Shown: positions 31,094-41,609, counted from the whole stretch's first letter. The stretch is 63,119 nt of DNA, filler included, from an uncultured Ignavibacteriales bacterium (GCA_964611355.1; 4 parts of 4 records of this genome joined end to end with filler, not necessarily neighbours in it), one strand, 5' to 3'. Notes: a model not told the origin generated them from the letters alone. Numbers and translations: made by a program.

Positions 31094-31494
31094 CTGACAA
31101 ATAATATACGTTGAGAAATAAATCGATTCAATCTGTTTTTCGCTTACTCGGCCGGGTAAACCGAACCTGTTAACATCAATAAATATAACAGATTCATGGG
31201 CCAGATTTTTGTGGACAAAATTCGATTTTTGCCTATATTTATTATCGGACGGAGGTTTTGTATCGCGTTTGATTTCCGCCGGAAACAATAATCAATCGTT
31301 GAAGTATACCTCTCACATTGAACCGCCCCGTCTCATTTGGAATAATGACTGGCCCTGAAAGATGGACTTTTTGGATTCGACGGGGGGTAAACGGTAAAAA
31401 CCTGCCTTTTTTCGCAGGGTACGTCATTTATAAGAAGCAGGATAGCTACATTCGGTAACGTTACCGAATAAGTAATTAAACGTGGAGTATAGAG

Positions 31495-34386
31495 ATGAGG
31501 GAAACAAGCCAAAAAGATTACCGCCATTTGGAATGGGGAATTGTCGCCTTTCTGACTTTGCTGATTACGGCGTCTTTTTCCATCACAACAGTTGCGGAAA
31601 CATTAACGCTCGAGTATTTGTTCGAGCGCCCGGAGATCAACGAAGTAATCATCGGCGGCCGGCTTTACCACCAGGTCATCATGGATAAAGCCTCCAATAT
31701 CGGTGACATCGGCCATCCTGCTCTTCCGGCCAGAGGGGCGGATATTCTTCTGCCTTACGATACTAAAGTGGACGGTATTGAAATCATACCGGGCGAGAAA
31801 GTTCTTATAGGCAGCGACTACCTTGTAGAACCGGTTGCTCGTCCGTACCCGCTTTCGCTGGGCCCCGGCCCGGAAAATTTGCCGGTTCCCGATCCGGATA
31901 TTTATGCTCTGGACACTCCGATCCCCGCCAAGAGGTTTGTCGACATCGGCACATACGGCTTTCGAGGATATCAAATCCTGACTCTCAGGCTCCATCCGGT
32001 CGAATATATACCGTTATCCGGAGAGCTTTATTATTACCCCGATCTGAAGGTTATCGTGCGTACAACCACGGCAGGCAAGGCCTGTCATCTTCTTCGGGGA
32101 TTACCGGAAGATGAAACTATACTGACCGGTAAAGTGGATAATCCCGAAGTTGCCGCTACCTATGCCGGCGCCGCAAAAGGCGGCGGTAAAAGCTATGATC
32201 TGCTGATCCTGACGACGCCCGCCCTGGCAGGCTCGTTTCAGCCGCTCAAGGATTACCATGACGTCGCGGGAATATTGACCGAGATTCATACCACCGACGA
32301 CGTGGGCAGTACCGATCCCGGCGACGTCCGCAATTATATCCGGGACAGGTACCTTGGCGACGGCATCCAGTATGTAATCATCGGCGCCGATGACGATTTG
32401 ATTCCGGCTCAGGATATGTATGTTGTTTCGTGGGAGGGGGATGAAGCCAGGACTTCCGAGGATATGCCGTCCGATCTCTATTTTGCCTGTCTTGACGGCA
32501 CCTGGAATTATGACGGCGACGGCCACTGGGGCGAACCGACCGACGGCGAGAACGGCGGCGACGTTGATCTGGTTGCCGAAGTGTATGTCGGTCGGGCACC
32601 GGTCGGCAACACAACCGAGGCAGACAGGTTTGTAAATAAGACTATTCAATACCTCGATGCCAATACTCCTTACCTGCAGAATGTCCTGATGGTGGGCGAG
32701 CATCTTGGTTTTGGAGGCGTATCCGAATTCGCGGGCAATTCACTGGATGAGTTAATCGACGGAAGCAACCCGTTCGGCATCCCCTCCGATATGTACAGCG
32801 TCGACAAACTGTACGATCGCGACTGGTGGAACAATGACTGGCCGACCTCGGAAGTAACCACACGCATTGATGCCGGGGTACACATTCTCAATCACTTCGG
32901 TCACGGGTCCACATACAGCGCCATGAAGATGTATTACAGCCAGATCCAGAGCTACCTGCATAACAGCGACATGCTTTACTTTTTTTATTCGCAGGCATGT
33001 AATTCCGGCGGTTTTGACGCTTCCGACTGCTGGACCGAATATATGCACATCAAGGGCGACGACGGAGCCTTTGCCATGATTACCAACGCCCGATTCGGCT
33101 GGGGCACCCAAAACAGCACCGACGGGCCCTCGCAGCGATTCAACCGCCAATTCTGGGATGCCGTTTTCAATCCATCGGAAAACAAGAAGGAACTGGGCCG
33201 GGCCAACCACGATTCAAAGGAAGATCTTCGCAACCGTATAGATCAAAGTTGTATGAGATGGTGCTATTATGAACTGAACCTGTTTGGCGACCCGACTATA
33301 GCCATCAAGGAATCGCAAACGGTCACCTTTGATTATCCCAATGGAGTTCCATCAACGGTCAATCCCGATCAACCGACCACGTTCGAAGTTGTTGTCAGCG
33401 GCGCTTACGGAGGCGTTCCGGTCTCCGGCAGCGGCCAGTTTCATTATTCCCTGAACGGCGGTGAGGTACAGACAGTACCGATGACCGAGATTTCGACCGA
33501 TCATTACGAAGCAAGCCTTCCGGCGGTTGAATGCGGCGACGACTTCATGTTCTATGTCAGCGCCGAGGAAACCGTCATGGGCATATTCTACGATCCTCAG
33601 CCGGAATCGGCAAGAAGGGTCGTATCGGCCACCGGCGTGATAACCGTTCTGGGCGATGATTTCGAGACCGACCAGGGCTGGACCGTATCCGGAAACGCCT
33701 CAGAGGGCCGATGGGAACTGGGCGTTCCGGTTGGAGGCGGCGACAGGGGCGATCCCCCCACCGATTACGACGGCTCCGGCTCCTGCTACCTGACCGGCAA
33801 CGAGGACGGGAACTCGGATATTGAATACGGCACGACTATTCTAACGTCGCCGACCTTTGACGCTTCAGGTAACGACCCCAAAATCCATTACGCCCGCTGG
33901 TATTGTAACGATGCCGGCGAAAAAAGGCACTATAACGTAATGAACGTTTATATATCCGACGATGACGGAGAAAACTGGACTCTGATCGAGACTGTCGGGC
34001 CGGTCGTAGAATCTTCCGGCGGATGGTACGAACACGATTTTTGGGTGGAAGATTTCATTACGCCGACATCACAGATGAAACTCCGATTCGAAGCCGCCTC
34101 CGAGCTTGGCGACGATGAGATAGTCGAAGCCGGAGTGGATGACGTTTATATAGCCACCTATGAATGCAATCCATATATCTGCGGCGACGCCAACGGCGAT
34201 GAAAGTATTAATCTCGGCGACGCGGTTTTTCTTACAACGTATGTATTCCATGAAGGGCCGTCACCCGACCCGGAAGAGGCGGGCGACTGTAACTGCGATA
34301 CCAATGTAAACCTCGGTGACGGCGTCTATCTTCTGAACTTTGTTTTCCACGAAGGGCCGGTTCCGTGCGCGGAATGCCCGCAATAA
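31495..34386 (+). CDS. Peptidase C25 (gingipain-like): propeptide, catalytic domain, beta domains, C-terminal dockerin
   Basis: IGHPALP propeptide, YVIIGADD, SDLYFACLDG, YVGRAP, NHFGHGS (His), SQACNSG (Cys), LFGDP; CGDANGD..GDCNCD at the C-terminus. Confidence 0.85.
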   Translation: MRETSQKDYRHLEWGIVAFLTLLITASFSITTVAETLTLEYLFERPEINEVIIGGRLYHQVIMDKASNIGDIGHPALPARGADILLPYDTKVDGIEIIPGEKVLIGSDYLVEPVARPYPLSLGPGPENLPVPDPDIYALDTPIPAKRFVDIGTYGFRGYQILTLRLHPVEYIPLSGELYYYPDLKVIVRTTTAGKACHLLRGLPEDETILTGKVDNPEVAATYAGAAKGGGKSYDLLILTTPALAGSFQPLKDYHDVAGILTEIHTTDDVGSTDPGDVRNYIRDRYLGDGIQYVIIGADDDLIPAQDMYVVSWEGDEARTSEDMPSDLYFACLDGTWNYDGDGHWGEPTDGENGGDVDLVAEVYVGRAPVGNTTEADRFVNKTIQYLDANTPYLQNVLMVGEHLGFGGVSEFAGNSLDELIDGSNPFGIPSDMYSVDKLYDRDWWNNDWPTSEVTTRIDAGVHILNHFGHGSTYSAMKMYYSQIQSYLHNSDMLYFFYSQACNSGGFDASDCWTEYMHIKGDDGAFAMITNARFGWGTQNSTDGPSQRFNRQFWDAVFNPSENKKELGRANHDSKEDLRNRIDQSCMRWCYYELNLFGDPTIAIKESQTVTFDYPNGVPSTVNPDQPTTFEVVVSGAYGGVPVSGSGQFHYSLNGGEVQTVPMTEISTDHYEASLPAVECGDDFMFYVSAEETVMGIFYDPQPESARRVVSATGVITVLGDDFETDQGWTVSGNASEGRWELGVPVGGGDRGDPPTDYDGSGSCYLTGNEDGNSDIEYGTTILTSPTFDASGNDPKIHYARWYCNDAGEKRHYNVMNVYISDDDGENWTLIETVGPVVESSGGWYEHDFWVEDFITPTSQMKLRFEAASELGDDEIVEAGVDDVYIATYECNPYICGDANGDESINLGDAVFLTTYVFHEGPSPDPEEAGDCNCDTNVNLGDGVYLLNFVFHEGPVPCAECPQ

Positions 34387-34408
34387 AACCGGCAGATAAT
34401 AAAATACA

Positions 34409-34437
34409 AAAAGGCCGGTCATCAGCCGGCCTTTTTA
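34409..34437 (+). terminator. Rho-independent terminator (possibly bidirectional)
   Basis: aaaaggccgg-tcatcag-ccggcctttt. Confidence 0.78.
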
Positions 34438-34622
34438 TATTGGTGAAATCTCCTTGCAACAGACCGACGGAGGCAGACGAGGCAACTCATTCAGTCCGGC
34501 AACTATGGAAATAAGAAAATATCTCTCAGGCTAAAAATCAAAAACCCACTCGCCGTGTCGGATATCTCGTATCGTGTTGTCTGATAATTACTACGGGTGA
34601 AATGGGTTTGTTCCGTCATATT

Positions 34623-35216
34623 TTACTTTTCGTTGTATCGGTTTTGTAGTGATTCCGCATGACGTTGAAACTGAAGGTGTTTGAGGAGTCTATAAGCGCG
34701 GGTCATCTGGCGATCAAGGCGCATTTCGTACCTAAGAATGTTAAAACTGAATGATTCGTTGGGTATTGATCTAATACCGATCAGGTTTGACAGAGCCTGA
34801 GATTCGTCTTCGGGTGTTTTTGGCGTTTTGGGAGTATCATCGGGACGGTCTCGCAGTCGATCCAGAATGGAATCCAAGCGGAGGTCCGCGTTGACATTTT
34901 TGAGCTGGCGGTTAATCTGGGCGGTCTCGGCGATAATGGCGCGGCGGGATCGCCAAAGGCAGTTGGCGATTTTGCAGACCAGGTATTCCTGAAAGCGGCC
35001 GATGGGTTTGAGTTCATCGATCAGCGAGGAAAGAAGGAGGTCGTATTCGGCTTTGTTTTCCTTCAGATACGGCGAATTGATGATAATATCGTCGGCATAA
35101 AGGCCGTGTTTGACGGCATTCCGGCTGACGACGGTTTTTCCCTGTGTTGTTGTCGGCCCGGTGGATTTTTGTGCGTTTTGCCGGTTGGCGATGAGTTGTT
35201 TTTTGCTTACAGGCAT
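34623..35216 (-). CDS. Hypothetical protein of the ANRxNAxKSTGPxTxxGK..NAxKHGL family
   Basis: N-terminal SKKQLIANRQNAQKSTGPTTTQGKTVVSRNAVKHGL; C-terminal LRYEMRLDR. Confidence 0.75.
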   Translation of the reverse strand: MPVSKKQLIANRQNAQKSTGPTTTQGKTVVSRNAVKHGLYADDIIINSPYLKENKAEYDLLLSSLIDELKPIGRFQEYLVCKIANCLWRSRRAIIAETAQINRQLKNVNADLRLDSILDRLRDRPDDTPKTPKTPEDESQALSNLIGIRSIPNESFSFNILRYEMRLDRQMTRAYRLLKHLQFQRHAESLQNRYNEK

Positions 35217-35596
35217 ATTTGTGTCCTTGATATAATTATCTATTAATTGGGAGAGGTTATGAAATACCATTGGTTGTGTATTGATTTTGTCGGATAGAAA
35301 TGGATAATAAATTGTGGGCTAACGGCTCACCAATTCATAGGCAACTCCTCAGGCAGCAAAGTAAAACCCACCCGGCGCTGCCGCTCTGGAGTGGGGTACC
35401 AGTCAATCTTAAATCCCACCAAGCTCAGGAAGAACTGGGAGCAAATCCACTAGTTGCACTCGGTCCTTGCGATAGTCATAGTATTCACGGACTATCTGGA
35501 AGTTATCATTGAACCGCTTCCTAAAATTTTGAGCAAGGCTAACTATACTGCCCCCCATTAGTGACAGTTGGTTATTAAGGTAGTATTTTGCGGCTG

Positions 35597-35696
35597 NNNN
35601 NNNNNNNNNNNNNNNNNNNNNNNNNNNNNNNNNNNNNNNNTTAATTAATTAANNNNNNNNNNNNNNNNNNNNNNNNNNNNNNNNNNNNNNNNNNNN
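35597..35696. other. Artificial contig linker
   Basis: N44-TTAATTAATTAA-N44. Confidence 0.97.
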
Positions 35697-35725
35697 AAAA
35701 AGCCCGCCTTTTAAGCGGGCTTTTT
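35697..35725 (-). terminator. Rho-independent terminator
   Basis: aaaaagcccgc-ctttta-agcgggcttttt downstream of the TolB-like gene. Confidence 0.72.
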
Positions 35726-35745
35726 AAGTAAAGTTGTATAACAGT

Positions 35746-36792
35746 CTATTTCGACCAGGTCGGGTTATTATGCGTCCCCGGTCCGGTGAGCGGCGTCAGG
35801 TTGTCGCCGTTGATATCGATGGTGTAAATAATCCCGTCGGTCGCGGCGAATACCAGCCACTTTGAATCAGGCGACCAGCCGACCGGATTGGCGTTTGGCT
35901 GCTGGGTCACGGTCGGTGCAAAAACCAGCCTCTTTTCACTGAGATCAGCTTTTATGATATAAATACCCGGGTCGCGAATATCGTTGACAATATAAGCCAG
36001 CCATTGCCCATCGGGCGACCACGAAGGAGCGAAGCCGTTTTCCAGTCCGGGAGACGGCTTCTTTAACTCTTCCACCGGCAGCGCGATATTGGCCATATCG
36101 ACGATTTTAATGCCGTGATATTTGAAGTCATACTTGGTCGGATCCTTGCTGTAGCGTAAGACAAAGGCGATCTTTTTGCCGTCGGCGGAGACCGTCGGCG
36201 TCATCGTCGAGATCACGGTCGTTTGCCAGTCCTTACGCAGGTAGGATGAGTTGCCGCCATCAATTTCTATTTTGGCTATCTGGTGGGATGGGACGACATA
36301 GTCGACAAAGCCGGCGTTGACATCGTTCTGGTAATAGATGACACTGCCGTCGTATGACCAGTCGGGTTGATATGCACCCAGGCTGAAGGTCAGCCGTTTC
36401 CACCAGTTCGACCTGGTGGCCGCCGAATCGACGTAGGCCAGGAATATATCATGCAGCAGGTGCGCACCGCCTTCGCCGGAGGGAAGATTATTCATATCTT
36501 TCCCCTCGCGGGAAAAGGCGATGATTTTATTGTCCGGGGAAAATGACAACCGTCCTTTGGCGTTGTCGATATTGGTTATTAATTGACGGTTTCTGCCGTC
36601 GGTATCCATGATCCAGACGTCGCCGTCGCTGATGAAGGCAATTTTGCCGGGTGGCCTGGCCCCGACCTTGATTTTGCCCATATCTTCGGAGACGGTTGCA
36701 GGTGGGGTTTGCGTGTCGGCGTTCGCGGCGCCGACAAACGTTAATAATACCAGCAGGAGGCCAATTCTTAGTGCGGCTGCGTTTTTCATCAT
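35746..36792 (-). CDS. TolB-like PD40 beta-propeller secreted protein
   Basis: Signal peptide; repeated FSPDNK, WSYDGS, WSPDGQW, WSPDSKW, PTWS motifs. Confidence 0.82.
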   Translation of the reverse strand: MMKNAAALRIGLLLVLLTFVGAANADTQTPPATVSEDMGKIKVGARPPGKIAFISDGDVWIMDTDGRNRQLITNIDNAKGRLSFSPDNKIIAFSREGKDMNNLPSGEGGAHLLHDIFLAYVDSAATRSNWWKRLTFSLGAYQPDWSYDGSVIYYQNDVNAGFVDYVVPSHQIAKIEIDGGNSSYLRKDWQTTVISTMTPTVSADGKKIAFVLRYSKDPTKYDFKYHGIKIVDMANIALPVEELKKPSPGLENGFAPSWSPDGQWLAYIVNDIRDPGIYIIKADLSEKRLVFAPTVTQQPNANPVGWSPDSKWLVFAATDGIIYTIDINGDNLTPLTGPGTHNNPTWSK

Positions 36793-36867
36793 ATATCTAT
36801 GCTTCCTTCCTCGGCAGGATTTCCAAAACGCGGCCAATATAACAAGGCGATTGAGAATTGGCAAGTC

Positions 36868-37737
36868 TTACCAACTGAAATACCTTTTTAGGCCAAACTG
36901 GGCTCTTGGTCCCGAAAGATCAAGTTCCACCCTGCTCAGGTCGGCGTCATGAATAACAACGTGCTCCTGGTCATAGGAATTATACCATTTCATCTTGGTA
37001 AAGTTCAAATACTGGTAGTTTGCCGACGTCTCTATGACTAGGCCGGCTAATCTGATTGGAAACTCAGCCCCGATCCTGACCGAACCACCGGGTGCGCTGC
37101 CGGTCAGGTTACCCTGTATTACCGATTGGGTTTCGGTGTAAAGGTTGTATCCGCTGAAGCCGTTCCATACATCCCAACTGGCAAAATAATAACCGCCGCT
37201 GAGTCCGACTTTCAGGGCCAAACCGGGCAGGGCGCCGTCCCTGTCGGGCGGATTCATCAGGTAGTAATCGACGCCGCCAAGTATTCCGTAGACCTGTACT
37301 TCGGATTTCAGGTTGAAGTTTTCATGATCGTTCGGGTCATCCACGTTAACCAGTGAAAGATTGTAGTTGCCGGTTTTGTCGGAGCCGAGTTTTAACCAAT
37401 AGGCAAATCCGAGCGAGGCAGCCAGTTTCGGTGTGGTCATGACCCCGAATCCGGCGAAAAACTCCTTGGAGCGATAAATTCCATCGACTCTGGAATCACT
37501 GCCGTCAAGGCTGGCAATCCAGGGAGTAACGCCATCGGCGAATTTGTTATAGTCGCTGTTGTTTGCAAGCTTGCCGTATGATCCGTTGATAATTACGAAA
37601 CCGACTTTCTTTATGTGCTTCTTTTCGGCTTTGTTCAGGAACTTGCCGATCAGTTCATCTTCGGTTTGGCAATAGGCCGGTACGGTCAGGATTATTGAAA
37701 ACAGGGCTATAACAGCAAGAATCTGTCTAAAATGCAT
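36868..37737 (-). CDS. Putative outer-membrane beta-barrel protein
   Basis: AGGAGGA RBS, signal peptide, amphipathic strands, terminal strand FGLKRYFSW. Confidence 0.65.
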   Translation of the reverse strand: MHFRQILAVIALFSIILTVPAYCQTEDELIGKFLNKAEKKHIKKVGFVIINGSYGKLANNSDYNKFADGVTPWIASLDGSDSRVDGIYRSKEFFAGFGVMTTPKLAASLGFAYWLKLGSDKTGNYNLSLVNVDDPNDHENFNLKSEVQVYGILGGVDYYLMNPPDRDGALPGLALKVGLSGGYYFASWDVWNGFSGYNLYTETQSVIQGNLTGSAPGGSVRIGAEFPIRLAGLVIETSANYQYLNFTKMKWYNSYDQEHVVIHDADLSRVELDLSGPRAQFGLKRYFSW

Positions 37738-37913
37738 AGGTCCTCCTGTGGTATTTCGTTCTGATTTATTATCGGAACCGAGACGGTCAATCTTAAGGGA
37801 AACGGGAGACAATTTACCGCGAAGTGATTCTTTCGGATGGCTATTAGAGCGAAAAACTCAGGTGGTTGCTTCCCCGTATTCGGAACGGAGATAGAGTTAA
37901 TCCGGGCGTTGCC

Positions 37914-37947
37914 AAAAAAAAGCCGCCGATAATAAATCGGCGGCTTA
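37914..37947 (-). terminator. Rho-independent terminator of nifJ
   Basis: aagccgccgat-aataa-atcggcggctt with A7 on plus (U-tail on minus). Confidence 0.8.
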
Positions 37948-37964
37948 AACAGGACGTTTCGTTA

Positions 37965-40900
37965 TCAGGCCTGTTTTTCCTTATTCCCGTCGCCGTTGCC
38001 AAAACTGAGCTTGGCCAGTTGTTCATAGACGTGGTAACGCATTGAAGCATCCATTTGGGCCAACTCGGCCAGTTTCTCGGCCCGCCCGGGATCGATGTCT
38101 TTCAGGCTTCTCCAACGGTTTTCGCCCATGGCGTATTCGGAATACGGAATCGAAGGCGGCTTGGAGTCAAGCAACAACGGATTTTTGCCTTCTTCGATCA
38201 GGGCCGGATTGAACCTCACCAGCGGCCAGTGACCGCTCTTGACCGCTTTATCCTGCTCGTCAAGGCCATGGGCCATATCAATTCCATGGGCGATGCAGTG
38301 GCAGTAAGCGACGATTATCGACGGACCGGGGTATGCCTCGGCTTCGATAAAAGCCTTGACAGCCTGGTTCTGACTGGCGCCTATTGCAACCCGGGCAACA
38401 TAAACATTGCCGTACGACATGGCCAGCATGGCCAGGTCTTTCTTGGGCAGCGGCTTTCCGGCGGCGGCGAATTTAGCTATGGCGCCGCGAGGCGTTGCCT
38501 TGGACATCTGGCCGCCGGTATTGGAATATACCTCCGTATCAAGCACCAGCAGATTGACGTTTTTGCCGGAGGCGATCACATGATCCAGCCCTCCGTAACC
38601 GATATCATAGGCCCAGCCGTCGCCGCCGATGCCCCAGACCGATTTGTTGACCAGGTAATCAGCCACTTCCAGCAGTCGTTTGGCCTCGACCTCATGCCGG
38701 GAGGCGACCTTGTCTTTGAGCTTCTGCACCCTGCCTCGTTGTTCTTCTATTGCCACGGGGTTGGACTGGTCGGCATTTTTAATTTCGTCGTAATCCTCCG
38801 GGCTGACTTTCCGGAGAAGTTCAAAAGCGTATTCCTGGAGTTTATCCACCGTCAGCCGCATTCCCATGGCGAACTCGGCGCAATCCTCAAAAAGCGAATT
38901 GGACCAGGCCGGCCCGCGGCCATCGGCGCGTTTCGTGAATGGCGTTGTCGGCAGGTTGCCGCCGTAGATGGAAGAGCATCCGGTGGCGTTTCCGATAAGG
39001 GCTCGATCGCCGAACAACTGGCTGAGGAGCTTGATATAAGGCGTCTCGCCGCACCCGGCGCAGGCGCCCGAGAACTCAAACAGCGGCTTGACGAACTGGC
39101 TTCCTTTGACCGTGGCAATATTGTAAAGTGAAGGATCGGTCTCGGGCAGGTCGAGGAAAAACTTGAAGTTTTCCGCTTCGGCTTTCCGCAGCGGGAGCTG
39201 GAACTCCATGTTGATCGCTTTCCTGCCGGTTTTCTGTTTGTTTTCGTCTTTCTCCCAGGCGGGGCAGACGTTGACACAGGCGACGCAACCGGTGCAGTCT
39301 TCGGGCGCTACCTGCAGCGTATATTTCATGCCTTTGAACTTCGGGCCCTTGGCGTCCGTTGACTTGAACGTTTCCGGAGCGCCTTTCAGGCACGGCGGGT
39401 CATACGCTTTCTGCCGTATGGCTCCATGAGGACAGATCATAACGCATTGACCGCACTGGATGCAGAGTTCTTTGTTCCAGACCGGAATGTTGACCGCGAT
39501 GTTCCGTTTCTCGTACTGGGTAGTGCCGCTCATATAGGTGCCGTCTTCGGGGAAAACCGAAACAGGAAGATTATCGCCGTCGCCGGAGATGATCGGCCCC
39601 GTTACCCGCTTGACAAACTCCGGTGCGTGTTCCGGAACGGGAGGCGCCATATGAATGGCGCTGTCGCATGTTTGCGGGTAGTCCACCTTGAAGATGGCAT
39701 CCCTGGCGGCGTCCACAGCGGCGAAGTTCATGTTGACGACTTTATCGCCTTTGATTCCGTATGTCTTTTTAATAGCCTGCTTGATCTCCTTGATAGACTG
39801 TTCCGGCGGCAGGATCTTGGAGATCAGGAAGAAAGCGGTTTGCATAATCATGTTGATGCGCGCGCCAAGTCCGAGCTTCTCGGCCAGCCTGATGGCATCA
39901 ATAACGTAAAAGTTGAGCTTCTTATCAACGATATGCCGCTGTACTTCCTGCGGGATTTTGTTCCAGACTTCGTCAGCCGGGTAGGGACTGCAAAGCAGGA
40001 AAGTGCCGCTTGGCTCGACTTTGGAAAGCATATCATATTTTTCCAGGAACGTGAAATTATGACATGCGATCAGGTTGGCTTTTGAAATCAAATACGGACT
40101 GCGAATCGGCTTTTTGCTGAAGCGGACGTGAGACACCGTAACCGCTCCCGCTTTCTTGGAATCGTAAACGAAGTAACCCTGAGCATAATTATCGGTGCTC
40201 TCGCCGATGATTTTGATGGTGTTCTTATTGGCGCCGACGGTTCCGTCCGCTCCCAAACCATAGAACAGCGCCCGGTGGACATCTTCCGACTCGATGTTAT
40301 ATGTGCGATCGTAGTCGAGACTGGTGAAGGTAACGTCGTCGACAATGGATACGGTGAAATGGTTTTTGGGCGTCTCCGCTTTAAGATTGTCGAAAGTCCC
40401 TTTGACATCCGCCGGAGTGAAATCCTTGGAGCTAAGACCATAACGCCCGCCGACGGCAATCGGCATGTTGTTCGGATCAAGTTTGCCGTTTTGCTCCGCT
40501 TCCCGCAACGCCCCCTGGACGTCGAGGTATAGCGGTTCGCCAGGGGCGCCAGGCTCTTTTGTTCGGTCCAGAACCGCAATGGCTTTGACCGTTTTGGGAA
40601 GAGCTGAGATAAACGTATCGACCGAGAAAGGCCGGTAGAGGCGGACTTTGATTAAACCGACCTTTTCCCCGCGGTCGTTGAGGTAATCTACCGTTTCGTT
40701 GGCGCACTCAGCGCCGGAACCCATGATTACGATGACTCTTTCGGCATCGGGAGCACCGAAGTAGTCAAACAGTTTGTACTGCCGGCCGGTAAGAGAAGCG
40801 AATTTGTCCATTGCTTTCTGAACGATTTCCGGCATGGCCGTATAATACCGGTTTATCGCTTCGCGCGACTGGAAGAAGACATCAGGGTTTTGCGATGTGC

Positions 40901-41609
40901 CGCGAATAGTGGGCTTGTCCGGATTAAGCGCTCTCCGGCGATGCTCGGTGACCATCTCATCGGTGATCATTTTGGCCATGACTTCGTAAGGAACTTCGGC
41001 CACTTTCGCGATTTCATGCGACGTGCGGAATCCCTCAAAGGCATGCACCGTCGGTATTCGGCTCTCCATCGAGGCTGCCTGGGATATCAGCGCAAAATCC
41101 ATGGCCTCCTGGACTGAACCGGAAAGCATGATACCGTAACCGGTGGGACGAACAGCCATAATGTCGGAATGATCGCCGAAGATTGATAGAGCATGGGTAG
41201 CCACCGATCGCGCCGAAACGTGAAAAACGGTCGGCGTCAATTCACCGGCGATCTTGAACATGTTCGGGATCATCAAAAGCAAACCCTGCGAGGCTGTGAA
41301 CGTCGTCGACAACGATCCGCTGGTAACGGCTCCGTGAACGGCTCCGGCCGCACCGGCTTCCGACTGCATTTCCACCACGTGGGGAATAGTACCCCAGATA
41401 TTAGTTTTGCCGGCGGCTGATTTGGCGTCGGCCACCTCGCCCATCACCGATGACGGCGTAATCGGATAAATAGCGATTACCTCGTTAATGGCATGGGCCA
41501 CGTGCGCTACGGCGCTATTCCCGTCGATCGTGACCATCTTTTCTCCCGATTCGTTGGTCTTTGCCGCCTGCGCCGCATCTTTATCTTCGGTTGCACTTGT
41601 ACCTTTCAT
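37965..41609 (-). CDS. nifJ: Pyruvate:ferredoxin (flavodoxin) oxidoreductase
   Basis: YPITPSS, EMQSEAGAAG, GADGTVGANK, two CxxCxxCxxxCP, FSGACAGCGE, GGDGWAYDIG. Confidence 0.96.
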   Translation of the reverse strand: MKGTSATEDKDAAQAAKTNESGEKMVTIDGNSAVAHVAHAINEVIAIYPITPSSVMGEVADAKSAAGKTNIWGTIPHVVEMQSEAGAAGAVHGAVTSGSLSTTFTASQGLLLMIPNMFKIAGELTPTVFHVSARSVATHALSIFGDHSDIMAVRPTGYGIMLSGSVQEAMDFALISQAASMESRIPTVHAFEGFRTSHEIAKVAEVPYEVMAKMITDEMVTEHRRRALNPDKPTIRGTSQNPDVFFQSREAINRYYTAMPEIVQKAMDKFASLTGRQYKLFDYFGAPDAERVIVIMGSGAECANETVDYLNDRGEKVGLIKVRLYRPFSVDTFISALPKTVKAIAVLDRTKEPGAPGEPLYLDVQGALREAEQNGKLDPNNMPIAVGGRYGLSSKDFTPADVKGTFDNLKAETPKNHFTVSIVDDVTFTSLDYDRTYNIESEDVHRALFYGLGADGTVGANKNTIKIIGESTDNYAQGYFVYDSKKAGAVTVSHVRFSKKPIRSPYLISKANLIACHNFTFLEKYDMLSKVEPSGTFLLCSPYPADEVWNKIPQEVQRHIVDKKLNFYVIDAIRLAEKLGLGARINMIMQTAFFLISKILPPEQSIKEIKQAIKKTYGIKGDKVVNMNFAAVDAARDAIFKVDYPQTCDSAIHMAPPVPEHAPEFVKRVTGPIISGDGDNLPVSVFPEDGTYMSGTTQYEKRNIAVNIPVWNKELCIQCGQCVMICPHGAIRQKAYDPPCLKGAPETFKSTDAKGPKFKGMKYTLQVAPEDCTGCVACVNVCPAWEKDENKQKTGRKAINMEFQLPLRKAEAENFKFFLDLPETDPSLYNIATVKGSQFVKPLFEFSGACAGCGETPYIKLLSQLFGDRALIGNATGCSSIYGGNLPTTPFTKRADGRGPAWSNSLFEDCAEFAMGMRLTVDKLQEYAFELLRKVSPEDYDEIKNADQSNPVAIEEQRGRVQKLKDKVASRHEVEAKRLLEVADYLVNKSVWGIGGDGWAYDIGYGGLDHVIASGKNVNLLVLDTEVYSNTGGQMSKATPRGAIAKFAAAGKPLPKKDLAMLAMSYGNVYVARVAIGASQNQAVKAFIEAEAYPGPSIIVAYCHCIAHGIDMAHGLDEQDKAVKSGHWPLVRFNPALIEEGKNPLLLDSKPPSIPYSEYAMGENRWRSLKDIDPGRAEKLAELAQMDASMRYHVYEQLAKLSFGNGDGNKEKQA

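Noticed and set aside
31372..31387. tmRNA 5' end-like TGGATTCGACGGGG
   Set aside because: No GGGG acceptor start, tag reading frame or 3' T-arm/CCA found nearby.
31392..31428. c-di-GMP-I riboswitch-like GGTAAAAACCTGC..GCAGGGTACG upstream of the C25 gene
   Set aside because: Lacks the GNRA tetraloop, the GCAAA junction and a second stem.
24594..34669. Composite transposon or invertible segment bounded by the 71-bp inverted repeats
   Set aside because: No transposase or recombinase, the cargo is largely housekeeping (mla, pcm), and one repeat is simply a gene end; kept only as a dispersed remnant.
38055..40085. Long plus-strand ORFs (358 aa, 219 aa) opposite nifJ
   Set aside because: Antisense shadows of a highly conserved gene.
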